A DNA stretch of 64,000 bases from Mobula hypostoma. Its lineage: Eukaryota. The position numbers and the translations under genes are program-made. How positions within the stretch are numbered: position 1 is the first letter of the stretch; each line of letters opens with the position of its first letter. Below the pieces are notes generated by a model. That model was not told the DNA's origin. It made no database searches and was given only the letters and a program-made list of their open reading frames with translations. Shown here in pieces: positions 24,113-35,890 of the stretch. The DNA lies in contig NC_086097.1 of NCBI RefSeq assembly GCF_963921235.1, positions 51,028,001-51,092,000 of the forward strand, given 5' to 3'.

Positions 24113-27100
24113 TTGTTGTTGTTCAGTGGTTAAGTCAAGTCTGACTCTTCATGACCTCATAGACTCCTGCACACCAAGCCTGCTTGTTAGAAACTGCCGC
24201 TCTAAGATCCCCCAAGGTCATACACATTGTCTGAGTAATATTATCTATCCATCGTAGCCTCTGTTATCCTCTCCTTCTTTTTCCTTCTGTTTTACCTAAC
24301 ATGAGAGTCTGCTCCAAGGAATCCTGTCTTCTCACGATGTGGCCAAAATATTTGGGCTTTTGTATCATAATCATGCCTCCTAGTGAGCAGTCTGACTATT
24401 TCTTCAAGTACTGACTTGCTGGATTCCTGCTGTCCAACAAACTCTTAACACTTTTCTCCAGCATCCGAGTTCAAAGGCATCGATTCTTTTGTATTCAGCC
24501 TTACTAATAGTCCAGCTCTCACAGTCATACATCACAACTGGAAATACCATAGACTTGACTATACGGATCTTTGTAGACAATGTTATGTCTCTGCTCTTCA
24601 GTATTTTATCTAAATTTGCCATTGCTGCCCTTCACAGAAATAAACGCCGTACAATTTCATGGCTGCAGTTACCACCTATAGAAATCTTTGAACCGAGGAA
24701 GACAAAATCCATCACTGCTTCCAATTCCTTTCCATTTATTACTACTGAGTTAATAGGGTTGGTCAACATAACCTTGATTTTCTTAATATTCAGTAACAAG
24801 CCAGCTTTTGCATTTTCTTCTTTTACTTTGATAAGAAGCTTCCTCCAATCCTCCTCACTTTTAGCCATTAGAGTAGTATCAACTGCATATCTGAGGTTGT
24901 TGATATTTCATCTGGTAATTTTGATTCCAACATTTGAGTCCTCTAGACCAGCATTCCTCATGATGTGTCCAGCATATAGATTAAATAATTAGGGTGACAG
25001 TATGCAGCCTTGTCGTACTCCTTTCCCAATCTTGAACCAGTTTGTTGTTCCGTGTTCAGTTCTGACTGTTGCTTCTTGATCTTTGTACAAGTTTCTCACA
25101 AGGCAGATCAGATGTCCAGGTATCCCCATTTCTTTAAGGACTTACCATACTTTATTATGGTCCACACTGTCGAAGACTTTAAAGTAGTCAATAAAACATA
25201 GATAACTACTTTTCTGGAATTCCCTTGATTTCTCCATTATCCAGCATAGATTAGCAATTTGGTCTCTGGTGCCTCTGCCTCTTCTAAAACCAACTTGTAC
25301 ATCTGGCAGTTCTTGTTCAATATATTGCTGTAGTCTTGCTTGCATGTCTTTAGCATTATCTTGCTAGCATGTGAAATTAGTGAAATTGTTTGGTAATTTG
25401 AACATTCCTTTACATTTCCCTTCTTGGGGATTGGGATATAAACTGATCTTTTCCGGTCTAAAGGCCATTGTTGGGTTTTCAAGATCTGCTGGCAAATTGC
25501 ATGCAACACTTTTACAGAATCATACGTTTGTATTTTAAATTTTTAAACAATTCAACTGGAATCCTGTCACATCCTGCAGCCTTATTATTGCCAAATCGTG
25601 AGCCTTATTATTGCCAATATTTTCTATGACCCATTTGACTTCACTTTCCAGAATGTCTGGCTCTAGATCGATGAGGGGTCATTGCAGGTGTCTTTGCTGT
25701 TGGAATCTTTCCTGTACAATTCTTCTGTGTATTCCTGCCATCTCTTTGATGTCTTGCTTGTTAGGAAAAATATTACAGCAGTGCTCAGGCAGGACAGATT
25801 AGAGGGCTTGTCTACTGAGTCCTTATGGGTGGAGCTGAGAAACAGGAAAGGTATGGCCACATTAGTGGGATTGTATTACAGACCACCCAATAGTCAACGA
25901 GAATTGGAAGAGCAAATCTGCAGAGAGATAGCAGGCAACTGCAGGAAACATCAAGTTGTGGTGGTAGTGGATTTTAATTTTCCATATATTGATTGGGACT
26001 CCCATACTGTTAGGGGTCTAGGTGGTTTAGAGTTTGTAAAATGTGTTCAGGAAAGTTTTCTAAATCAATATATAGAGGGACCAACTAGAGGGGATGCAAT
26101 ATTGGATCTGCTGTTAGGAAACGAGTTAGGACAAGTGACGGAAGTCTGTGTAGGGGAGCACTTTGGTTCCAGTGATCATAACACCATTAGTTTCAACTTG
26201 ATCATGGACAAGGATAGGTCTGGTCCTAGGGTTGAGGTTCTGAACTGGAAGAAAGCCAAATTTGAAGAAATGAGAAAGGATCTAAAAAACGTGGATTGGG
26301 ACAGGTTGTTCTCTGGCAAAGGTGTGATCGGTAGGTGGGAAGCCTTCAAAGGAGAAATTCTGAGAGTGCAGAGTTTGTATGTTCCTGTCAGGATTAAAGG
26401 CAAAGTGAATAGGAATAAGGAACCTTGGTTCTCAAGGAAATTGCAACTCTGAAAAAGAATAGGGAGTTGTATGACATGTATAGGAAACAGGGAGTAAATA
26501 AGGTGCTTGAGGAGTATAAGAAGTGCAAGAAAGTACTTAAGAAAGAAATCAGGAGGGCTAAAAGAAGACATGAGGTTGCCTTGGCAGTCAAAGTGAAGGA
26601 TAATCCAAAGAGCTTTTACAGGTATATTAAGAGCAAAAGGATTGTCAGGGATAAAATTGGTCCTCTTGAAGATCAGAGTGGTCGGCTATGTGTGGAACCA
26701 AAGGAAATGGGGGAGATCTTAAATAGCTTTTTTGTGTCTGTATTTACTAAGGAAACTGGCATGAAGTCTATGGAGTTAAGGGAAACAAGTAGTGAGATCA
26801 TGGAAACTGTACAGATTGAAAAGGAGGAAGTGCTTGCTGTCTTGAGGAAAATTAAAGTGGATAAATCCCCGGGACCTGACAGGGTGTTTCCTCGGACCTT
26901 GAAGGAGACTAGTGTTGAAATTGCAGGGGCCCTGGCAGAAATATTTAAAATGTCGCTGTCTACAGGTGAGGTGCCGGAGGATTGGAGAGTGCCTCATGTT
27001 GTTCTGTTGTTTAAAAAAGGATCGAAAAGTAATCCGGGAAATTATAGGCTGGTAAGTTTAACGTCAATAGTAGGTAAGTTATTGGAGGGAGTACTAAGAG

Positions 27101-30007
27101 ACAGAATCTACAAGCATTTGGATAGACAGGGACTTATTAGGGAGAGTCAACATGGCTTTGTGCGTGGTAGGTCATGTTTGACCAATCTATTGGAGCTTTT
27201 CGAGGAGGTTACCAGGAAAGTGGATGAAGGGAAGGCAGTGGATATTGTCTACATGGACTTCAGTATGGCCTTTGACAAGGTCCCGCATGGGAGGTTAGTT
27301 AGGAAAATTCAATCGCTAGGTATACATGGAGAGGTGGTAAATTGGATTAGACATTGGCTCAATGGTAGAAGCCAAAGAGTGGTAGTAGAGAATTGCTTCT
27401 CTGAGTGGAGGCCTGTGACTAGTGCTGTGCCACAGGGATCAGTGCTGGGTCCATTGTTATTTGTCATCTATATCAATGATCTGGATGATAATGTGGTAAA
27501 TTGGATCAGCAAATTTGCTGATGATACAAAGATTGGAGGTGTAGTAGACAGTGAGGAAGGTTTTCAGAGCCTGCAGAGGGACTTGGACCAGCTGGAAAAA
27601 TGGGCTGAAAAATGGCAGATGGAGTTTAATACAGACAAATGTGAGGTATTGCACGTTGGAAGGACAAACCAACGTAGAACATACAGGGTTAATGGTAAGG
27701 CACTGAGGAGTGCAGTGGAACAGAGGGATCTGGGAATACAGATACAAAATTCCCTAAAAGTGTCGTCACAGGTAGATAGGGTCGTAAAGAGAGCTTTTGG
27801 TACATTGGCCTTTATTAATCAAAGTATTGAGTATAAGAGCTGGAATGTTATGATGAGGTTGTATAAGGCATTGGTGAGGCTGAATCTGGAGTATTGTGTT
27901 CAGTTTTGGTCACCAAATTACAGGAAGGATATAAATAAGGTTGAAAGAGTGCAGAGAAGGTTTACAAGGATGTTGCCGGGACTTGAGAAACTCAGTTACA
28001 GAGAAAGGTTGAATAGGTTAGGACTTTATTCCCTGGAGCGTAGAAGAATGAGGGGAGATTTGATAGAGGTATATAAAATTATGATGGGTATAGATAGAGT
28101 GAATACAAGCAGGCTTTTTCCACTGAGGCAAGGGGAGAAAAAAACCAGAGGACATGGGTTAAGGGTGAGGGGGGAAAAGTTTAAAGGGAACATTAGTGGG
28201 GGCTTCTTCACACAGAGAGTGGTGGGAGTATGGAATGAGCTGCCAGACGAGGTGGTAAATGCAGGTTCTTTTTTAACATTTAAGAATAAATTGGACAGAT
28301 ACATGGATGGGAGGTGTATGGAGGGATATGGTCTGTGTGCAGGTCAGTGGGACGAGGCAGAAAATGGTTCAACACAGCCAAGAAGGGCCAAAAGGCCTGT
28401 TTCTGTGCTGTAGTTTTTCTATGGTTTCTATGGTCTTCTACTTCTGTAAGGTCCTTCCCTTGTTTGTCTTTTTCTATACTCATTTTTTAAATGCAATGTG
28501 CCTTTGATTTGTCTAATCTTCTTGAATAGATCTCCTGTTTTTCCAATTCTGTTGGCTCCTTCAGCTTCTTTGCATCATTCTTTTAAGTAAGTTTCCTTAT
28601 CATTCCTTGCTATCTTCTTGAACTTTGCATTCAGTTGGAGGTATCTCCACTAGCCTTCACTTCTCTTCGCTGCTCAGCCACTTGTAGAGTCTCCACAGAA
28701 AGCCATTTTGATTTCCTGGTCTTCTTTTTGTTTGCAATATTTTTTGATGCCATCTGTTGTATAATGCTCCTTACTTCTATCCATAGTTCTTCTAGCTTCC
28801 TCGCTACCAGGTTTAATCCATTGAATCTGTTCTTCACCTCCACAGCATATTCTTGAGGGATGCTATCAACATCAAACTTTGCTGGTACATTGGTTTTCCT
28901 GATGCTCTTCAGTTTCATTCTGAATATTACAAGAAACAGCTCATGGTATGAGACACAATCTGCTCCTGGTCTTGTTTTAGCTGACTGTATAGAGCTCTTC
29001 CATCTCTGATTGCAGAGTATATAGTCAATCTGGTTTCAAGTTGACTGTCTGGTCATGTCTATGTATAGAGCCGTCTTTTAGGCTGTTGGAAGCGGGTATT
29101 TGCTATAACCAGAGAGTTAATTTGGCAAAAATCTACCAGGTGATGTCCTGCTTCATTCCATACTCCAAGGCTAATGTTGCCTATTACTCCAGGTATTCTG
29201 TGACTTCCAACTTTGGCTTTCCAGTCTCCAATGATAAATGTAACATCCTTTTTTGGTGTCATATCCAGGAGGTACTGCAGTTCTTCATAAAACTGGATAA
29301 TTTCATCCTCTTTGGCATATGTGGTAGGAGCATAAACATCACTGTGATGTTGAAAGATTTACCTTGAATCATATTGTGATCATTCTATCATTTTTGTATC
29401 CAATCACTGATTTTGATACTTTTTTTGACAATTAAAGCCACTCCATTCTTTCTGCACATTTCCTGCCCACAGTAGAAGATCTGGTAATTGTTTGATGTAA
29501 AATGACCAATTTCAGGCCACTTTAGTTTGCTAATTCAAAATATGTTAATGTTTAGTCTTCCCATCTTGTTTTGGACCACATCTAGTTTACCTTGACACAT
29601 GGATCTTACATTCCAGGTTCCAGTGGTGTATTGATCTTTACAACATTGGACTTTCTTTTCATTTCCAGGCACCTCAGCAGTTGGACGTCCTTTTGGCTTT
29701 AATCCAACCACAGCATTAGTTCTGGTACTACTCATACTTATCCTCTGTTCTTCTGCATTAGCATGTTCGTCACCTTCAGACCTGCGGGGCTTATCTTCTG
29801 GTGTCATTCTCATATATCTCTGGTTACTTTTATCCATAAGGTTTTCTTGTCAAATTACTGGAGCGGGTTGCCATTTCCTTCTCCAGTCGGACCTCTCTGC
29901 CATGACCTGTCCATCTCGAGTAGCTCTACATGGTGTAGCTCATGGTGTTACTGGAATACACAAACCCCCTTATCATGGCAGGGTAACAGTCCACGAGGAG
30001 GTCCATG
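24113..30007 (-). mobile_element. Roughly full-length BovB-like RTE LINE (pseudogenised), interrupted by a CR1
   Basis: Peptides GTWNVRSM, FIIGDWKAKVGS, QVGFRRGRGTRDQIANL, NINNLRYAVDT and MANLDKILKSRDITLSTKIRIVKSMVFPVVMYDCESWT; (CAA)n tail at 24113-24123; about 3.2 kb once the CR1 is removed. Confidence 0.9.
25756..28432 (+). mobile_element. Young 5'-truncated CR1 LINE; ORF2 in two long frames (EN 25682-26452, RT 26425-28413)
   Basis: YYRPPNS, DFNFP, SSDHN, PQGSVLGP and KFADDTK motifs; one frameshift near 26440; (TTTCTATGG)n tail; candidate TSD GTCTT (25751-25755 / 28433-28437). Confidence 0.95.
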
Positions 30008-30189
30008 ACCTTATTCATACAGTTTAACAACACCTTGACCAACTTGATCACTTTTCTCTAAAATGCACTGTTATGTTTTGTTCTAAATGTGTACTTGTAA
30101 AAATTGTGTGTAATTTATGTTTAAAGTTTTTAATGAGTGTGTGGCTTATATGATGCCTATGATGCTGCTGCGAGGAAGTTTTCCATTTC

Positions 30190-30300
30190 TCCACAAAATG
30201 TTGGAGAAACTTATCTGGTTAGCATCAATGGAAAAGAATAAACAGTCGATGTCTCAGGCTGAGACCCTTCATCAGGACTGGTAAGGAAGGAAAAAGAAGC
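30190..30300 (-). repeat. Penelope-type short repeat with the best-preserved hammerhead stem I and CTGATGA box (30243-30280)
   Basis: Minus strand: CAGTC CTGATGA A GGGTCTCAGCCT GAGA CATC GACTG. Confidence 0.8.
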
Positions 30301-30857
30301 CAAATGTTTTTTTTTATTGTACCTGTACATACATATACTTGTGCATATAACAGTAAACTCAATTGTGACTTCGACAACATAGAATGATGTAGGAATTCAA
30401 AGGTATATGTATTTATTTCACAACATGAACTCAATATATTGTGTCTTTAACAGAGTAAAAATTCTTTCAAAATCAAACAAAAAAGCTGACCCAAATCCAT
30501 GTAATGAGATATTAGGTGATTAACCAAAAGCTGGATGAAATAGAGATGTCATAAAGAAGCATAGAGAGAAGAAAGAGCAGTGGGGATTTGGAATGGAATT
30601 TCAAGTCTGATGGCACATTGCCTAATGAAAGAGTGACTGAAGCATTCTCTTGTATGGTTCGGTGACAGTGTCAGTGATAGTTTCAAGCTCAGTCCCAGAG
30701 TGTTCACACACACAAGGATCATCCACATACTTCAGGTTGACTAATGTTATTGTGGCTTGACTAGAATTGAAGAATTACAGGCTTTTCAGAATGTCAAAAG
30801 CCGGAGGAGATGACAGCAGTTGGAAAGCATAAGAACATGGAAGGATTTGAGATGATA

Positions 30858-31565
30858 AGCAGAGGGATCTTGGGGTCCAGGTTCATAGCTCCCCAAAAGT
30901 GGCTGCACAAGTAGTTAAGGAAGCATATGGCATGCTGCCTTTATTAGTCAAGGCTTTGAGTCCAAAACTCAGGAAATTTTATTGCAGTTTTATAAAACCC
31001 TCGTTCAGCCTAAGCTGGAGTACTGCATACAGATCTGGTCTCCCATTTACAGGAAGAATGTTGAGGCTTTGGAGAGGGTGCAGAAGAGGTTTACCCAGAT
31101 GCTGTCTGGATTAGAGGACATGTGCTATCACAAGAGGTTGGACAAACTTGGGTTGTTTTCTCCGAAGCAGTGGAGGCTGAGGGGAGATCTGTTAGAAGTT
31201 TATAAGATTATGTGAGGCATAGATGGAGTAGACAGACAGTATATGTTTCCCACAGTTGAAATATCTAATATCATTGAAGATGAGGGGGTAATTTCAAAGG
31301 AGATGTGAGGGGAAAGATTTTTACACAGGGAGTGGAGGGTGCCTGGAATATGCTGCCTGGGTTGGTGGTAGAGGGAGATACATTAGGGACTTTAAAAAGA
31401 TGTTTAGATAGGCACATGACCTGTGAGGAAAATATAAGGATATGGATATTGTGTAGGTTAAAGAGATTAGTATAGTTGTCCATTTGATTACTAATGTAAT
31501 TGGTTTGACACAACATTGTGGGCTGAAGGGCCTGTTTCTGTGCTGTATTGTTCTTTGTTCCACGT
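30858..31565 (+). mobile_element. CR1 LINE 3' fragment
   Basis: YKTLVQPKLEYCIQIWSP...LERVQKRFTQML...RLRGDLLEVYKIM; CR1 3' hairpin/tail GGGCTGAAGGGCCTGTTTCTGTGCTGTA. Confidence 0.9.
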
Positions 31566-31729
31566 TCAATGTAACAAGGATAAAACTTTTAGAAGTGAGG
31601 CATTGCTTACCCAACAGCTGGTGCAGATAAAACCGTAGGAAGTATGGGAAACACAGGATTTATTGTGAGGTGAGACATGAGCAGCAGAGATGTTTTGCAG
31701 CGTAGAATGAAATGCTTTTTATCAGCCTT

Positions 31730-32560
31730 TGGCCATCCAAGATAAAATGACTGCAAAGATCAAACCCAGCACCATGACCTCCAGGGCAGCAATGATGCTT
31801 GAACTCCTGAAGACTTTGGAGGCACTTATTGTTGACAACTGGCACTTCAGAGTATTGCAGAGATCCTACCAATGTGACCTCTGCAAAATCGTCCAAGCCC
31901 ACTGGCAGAATAAACAAACCTACATCTGCATCCACTTCCAGGCCAACTGACTCCCAAAGCAGATACTCTCTTCCATGTCCTGTCAAGGAAGAGATTTACA
32001 GAAAAGAAAAAAAAAGCTTCAAGGATATTTTCAGATCTACTTGAGCATCTATAACTTTCTTATTGGCTAATTTTCATCAGTGATTGCATAAAATGGATTT
32101 TTGTATAGTTTTTTAATTCTTGGCTGCGAAAAACTGTTAAAATGCATTTAATTCTACTCTGTAAACCACTTCTGCTATCCATGTCCCAATTTACATTAAA
32201 TCCTGCTTTTCCTCACACTTCCTGTGTTTCTTTTTTAATCTGTTGGTTAAGGAATACCTCAATTCTAAAACATTTTATCCTTGTTCTTAAAAGACATTTA
32301 CATTTAATTTCTTCAAAGAGAATGTGCAAATGTCAAGTGAAAAGCACAAGAGTGAAGGGCCTTCAAAAGTCCTCCCCTGTCAAGCATCTCCTCTCACAAC
32401 TGTAGCAGGGTCTACAGATCCCCCACTTTGGAGACATAGATAACTTATAACTGGCACCTCAGAGCACTGGACAGATACCACCAATGTTACCTCTGGCTGG
32501 GCAAGCAAATCCATATTTACCCCTCCCCAATCTTTCCTAGTCAACATTCCCAGCGTTAGG
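31730..32560 (+). mobile_element. Two ancient RTE-type LINE fragments (about 31730-31960 and 32400-32560)
   Basis: Peptide HFRVLQRSYQCDLCKIVQAHWQNKQTYICIHFQAN resembles the RTE C-terminal HLKALERYHQRCLRKILQIHW..RRTN.SVL.QAN region; the two segments resemble each other. Confidence 0.5.
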
Positions 32561-33176
32561 GGTGTAATATCGCTCTTTTTAGACAGTGCCTTGCGACTGG
32601 CAATGATTTGCTCCCACTCTCTGTTAATTCTTAGCAAAAGCAAACCATCCTCAGTCACAGAAGGGCTGGGTAAGGAGAAGAAAGAGTCAAATTAGGTTGT
32701 ACAAAGGAATGAGTTAAGCTTTTGTTAACAAGTGAGCCAAGGCAGAGGCAGATTCGAGCAATATTATAGATTTGGAAATAAATGGATTTTCATTCTGAAG
32801 CAATTAAACATGGTAAGATATTTGGTAAGTACCTGTTGTGGAACCTAGTTCTACTCTTTAACCAATTTCGGTGCAGCCATTCCAGTATCAAAATAAATTG
32901 AACGAACAATCAATGTATAAATTATAATTCATTTTTAAACCAAAGCGTGCGCGATTCACATCTACATTCTACTATGCGTTTTATAGCGGACATTTGTTTT
33001 TGAATTTTCATGGACCTGAAAATAAACGTTGATGAAACATTTTACTTGCTCGTTCGGTTTATGTGTTGACTGTGGCATTTTTATGTCAGACCACATTGAT
33101 CTTTTCTATCCTAGTATTTTCTTGCAGCAATTTGTAATTTAAATATATTACAGAATCTGTTTCAGGTAATTTCTGC

Positions 33177-33178
<2 letters not shown>

Positions 33179-33228
<50 letters not shown>

Positions 33229-33244
33229 ACACACCCCCCCCCCC
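33179..33244. repeat. (AC)~24 microsatellite followed by a poly-C tract
   Basis: Direct reading. Confidence 0.95.
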
Positions 33245-33329
33245 GGAATTAGTCCAATCCCCTCCGTCGAATCTACATGTAGATAAAGAAGATGTTCCTC
33301 TGTGCACCCTTTGTGTTAATGTCAATAAA

Positions 33330-34110
33330 TCAGTCGGAACTCTAACGTGTGCGCGCCGCAGTCCCTTGCTGCTTTTCAGTACGTGGTTTCATCGGGATCC
33401 GAGAAGGCTCCATCCTCGCAACTCTCATTCTCGCGGAGAGAGACGCCCATTCGAAAGGGATCCTCCTCCGATCACGACTTCACTGTGCACACGCCAACAA
33501 AATGGCACAGAAAAACACGACGAGAAATCGGAAAGAAAGAAATAGCTGGGGTAAGTCAGAGATCTGACTGCGGTCGACAAAGAAATGCTGCACCTTCAAG
33601 GAGGCAGCGAGTGCAGGAGGCAGGACGGGAGCACTTGGAGCCATTCTGTCCAAGTGCAGGCTGAACAGGGCGGCTGAAAGACCTGCTTACTGCTGGGTAG
33701 AGTTCAGCTATTAGCTGGTTGTTGCACCTTAATGAATATTCAGCCGAGCGTTGCGTTCAGTCTTTTGCATTATTTTTGCAGAATCGGTGTTCTGTTTCGA
33801 AAGCTGGCCTTTGCATTTTCACTGCAGACTTGCTTTTGGGGGTTGTGGTTATTCAGACAGGCCCTGCCTAGACTGTTAGCTATCTAAACATAAAAAAAGG
33901 AAGACTGTGTACCACCCGGACGGCATCTCAGAAACACAAATGCCTTAGCGCAAAGGAATTTAACGGCGGAACTGCTAGAAATGCCCCTTGTTTTTGCAGA
34001 GATACGCCCTGAGGCAAGAGTGAAGCGGCTCTGTTTATAATGAGGTCGCCGAGATCGAGATTCTCTTCCCGAGCCTCCCATACTGTACACACGTTACTTA
34101 AGGGCGGATG
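33330..34110. promoter_or_regulatory. CpG-rich region around ATL1 exon 1 (promoter, 5'UTR and start of intron 1)
   Basis: Dense CpGs compared with the flanks, spanning the ATL1 start codon. Confidence 0.7.
33502..33550 (+). CDS. ATL1: ATL1 (atlastin-1) first coding exon (MAQKNTTRNRKERNSW-G)
   Basis: ATG in Kozak context AAAATGG; ends TGG G|GTAAGT (consensus donor). The peptide resembles the ATL1 N-terminus ...RDRNSWG, and phase 1 matches the next exon. Confidence 0.9.
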
Positions 34111-34994
34111 CATTTCACCGTATCTTTATCTCTAGCATTGCCAATATACACTGCACTAGGGTCCAGAATAAAACAGGTTTAATTTTAAGCAAAGAGTTTC
34201 TGATGTATTAACGTACATAAAGATAGTTGGCTCACAAATCAAACCAGTTAATAGACGAACATCAGATTGTGATTTTTTAAAAAATTTATAGTCATTCAAA
34301 TGGACTCTGCTCATTTCAACTTCACAATATGTTTGCTCTCTTGTGATAACTCTCCTGGTGTAAAGATCAGATTGGGTTGGGTGGTCAGAGATTTTGAAAG
34401 TGTCAGCAATCTAGTGTTCTTTCAGCATGGATTCAAGGTTTTTTTTTAAATAGCTGAGAGAAGGACATCATTGACAAGGCCATCGTTTTCTGCTCTTGAA
34501 CAAACGACAGTAGTGAATGTATTCCCAGGGTAACAACATAAAACACCAGAGCAGTTGAAGGCCATATGAACATGTGACTCCCCTGTACAACAAAAATGTG
34601 CGTATCTCCACCTTAAGTAGATTCAGTGATAGACTCTCGATAGCTCCCTGGGATAAAGAATTGCAATGATCCTAATCCTCCAGGGGAATGTGCCTCCTCG
34701 CCTGTGTCTTAAATGGGCAACACCTCATACTGACCTTGAAGAACTGGGAAGTTCGTGGGGAATATTTAGTGGAGGGTAATAAAAGCCGGCTTTATCAACA
34801 ATGTCCAGATCACAATGAGGAAAAATTCTACCCAAGAGTGTCAAAAACTGGCCAAGTATGTCCACAAAAATAGAGTAAATTATTCTGTCTGCCCTACCTG
34901 CCTTCTCTGAATCATTCCTAACTTGTGTCTTGTGCTTGGGGTTTCAGGAAGTGAATCTCTTACAACAGGACACCCAGCCTCCAACCTGTATTCA

Positions 34995-35890
34995 TAGAAC
35001 ATAGCACGGGAACAGGCTCCTCAGCCTATCATGTTGGCACCAACCACAATGCCAAACTAACTAATTCTATTTCCTTGCATGTGGTCCAAATCCCGCTATT
35101 GTCTGCTTGTTCTGTGCTTCTTAATGTTTCTTAAACTATGCTACTGGACCTGCTTCTGTTACCACCCTATTCAACGTGTTCCTGGCACATACCACTTTGC
35201 CTTGTAACTCTTACTTAAACTGTCACTTGAAAGCTATGCTCTCTAGTGTTTGACTTTTTTCCACCCTAAAGATTTACTATCTACTCAATCTATGCCTCCC
35301 ATAAATTTATTTACATCTGTCAGATCGCCTCCTCAGCTCTTGATGTTTCACAGAAAACAGTCCAAGTTTGGCCAACTCTCCTTGTCGCTAATGCACTCCA
35401 ATCCAAACAGCATCCTGGTGAACCTCTTCTGCATCCTTTCCAACATTTCCACATTCTTCCTATAATGTGGTGACCATAACTGCACACAACACCCCAGTGC
35501 ATCCTAACCAAAGTTTTATCAACTGCAACATGTCTTGTCAACATTTATACCGTTTAAGCCGTGAATGATGAAGGCACACAGATTTACTTGGTTGCCACTT
35601 TCAGATCACCACACAATGATTCTAAGAGTCCTCTTTCATTCTGCAATGTACTCCTAAATTGTATCACCTCATACTTGCCCAAATTAAACTCCATCTGCCA
35701 TTTCTCTTCCTAAATTTTCAGCTGATCCATGCACTGCTGTATCCATTGACAACTTTCCTTAATAAACACAACTCCACCAATTTTCTTGTCATCCAGCAAA
35801 CTTAATTATCAAACCACCTACATTTTCATCCATATTTTTAATTATTGTAAACAATAGAGGTCCCAGCACTGATCCAGGTGGGACACCACT
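34995..35890 (-). mobile_element. Degenerate CR1 LINE 3' portion
   Basis: Reverse-complement similarity to the CR1 RT and 3' region (DKTLVRMH, FAG.DKKIGGV). Confidence 0.75.

Noticed and set aside
24489..24992. 167-aa hydrophobic plus-strand ORF (and similar ORFs antisense to CR1/Tx1)
   Set aside because: These are antisense shadows of LINE RT coding sequence.
31660..32658. Two minus-strand ORFs sharing EVTLV.S.Q.SEVPV...CLQS, suggesting a novel duplicated micro-gene
   Set aside because: The opposite strand resembles RTE LINE C-terminal sequence; the similarity is better explained by two old fragments of one repeat.
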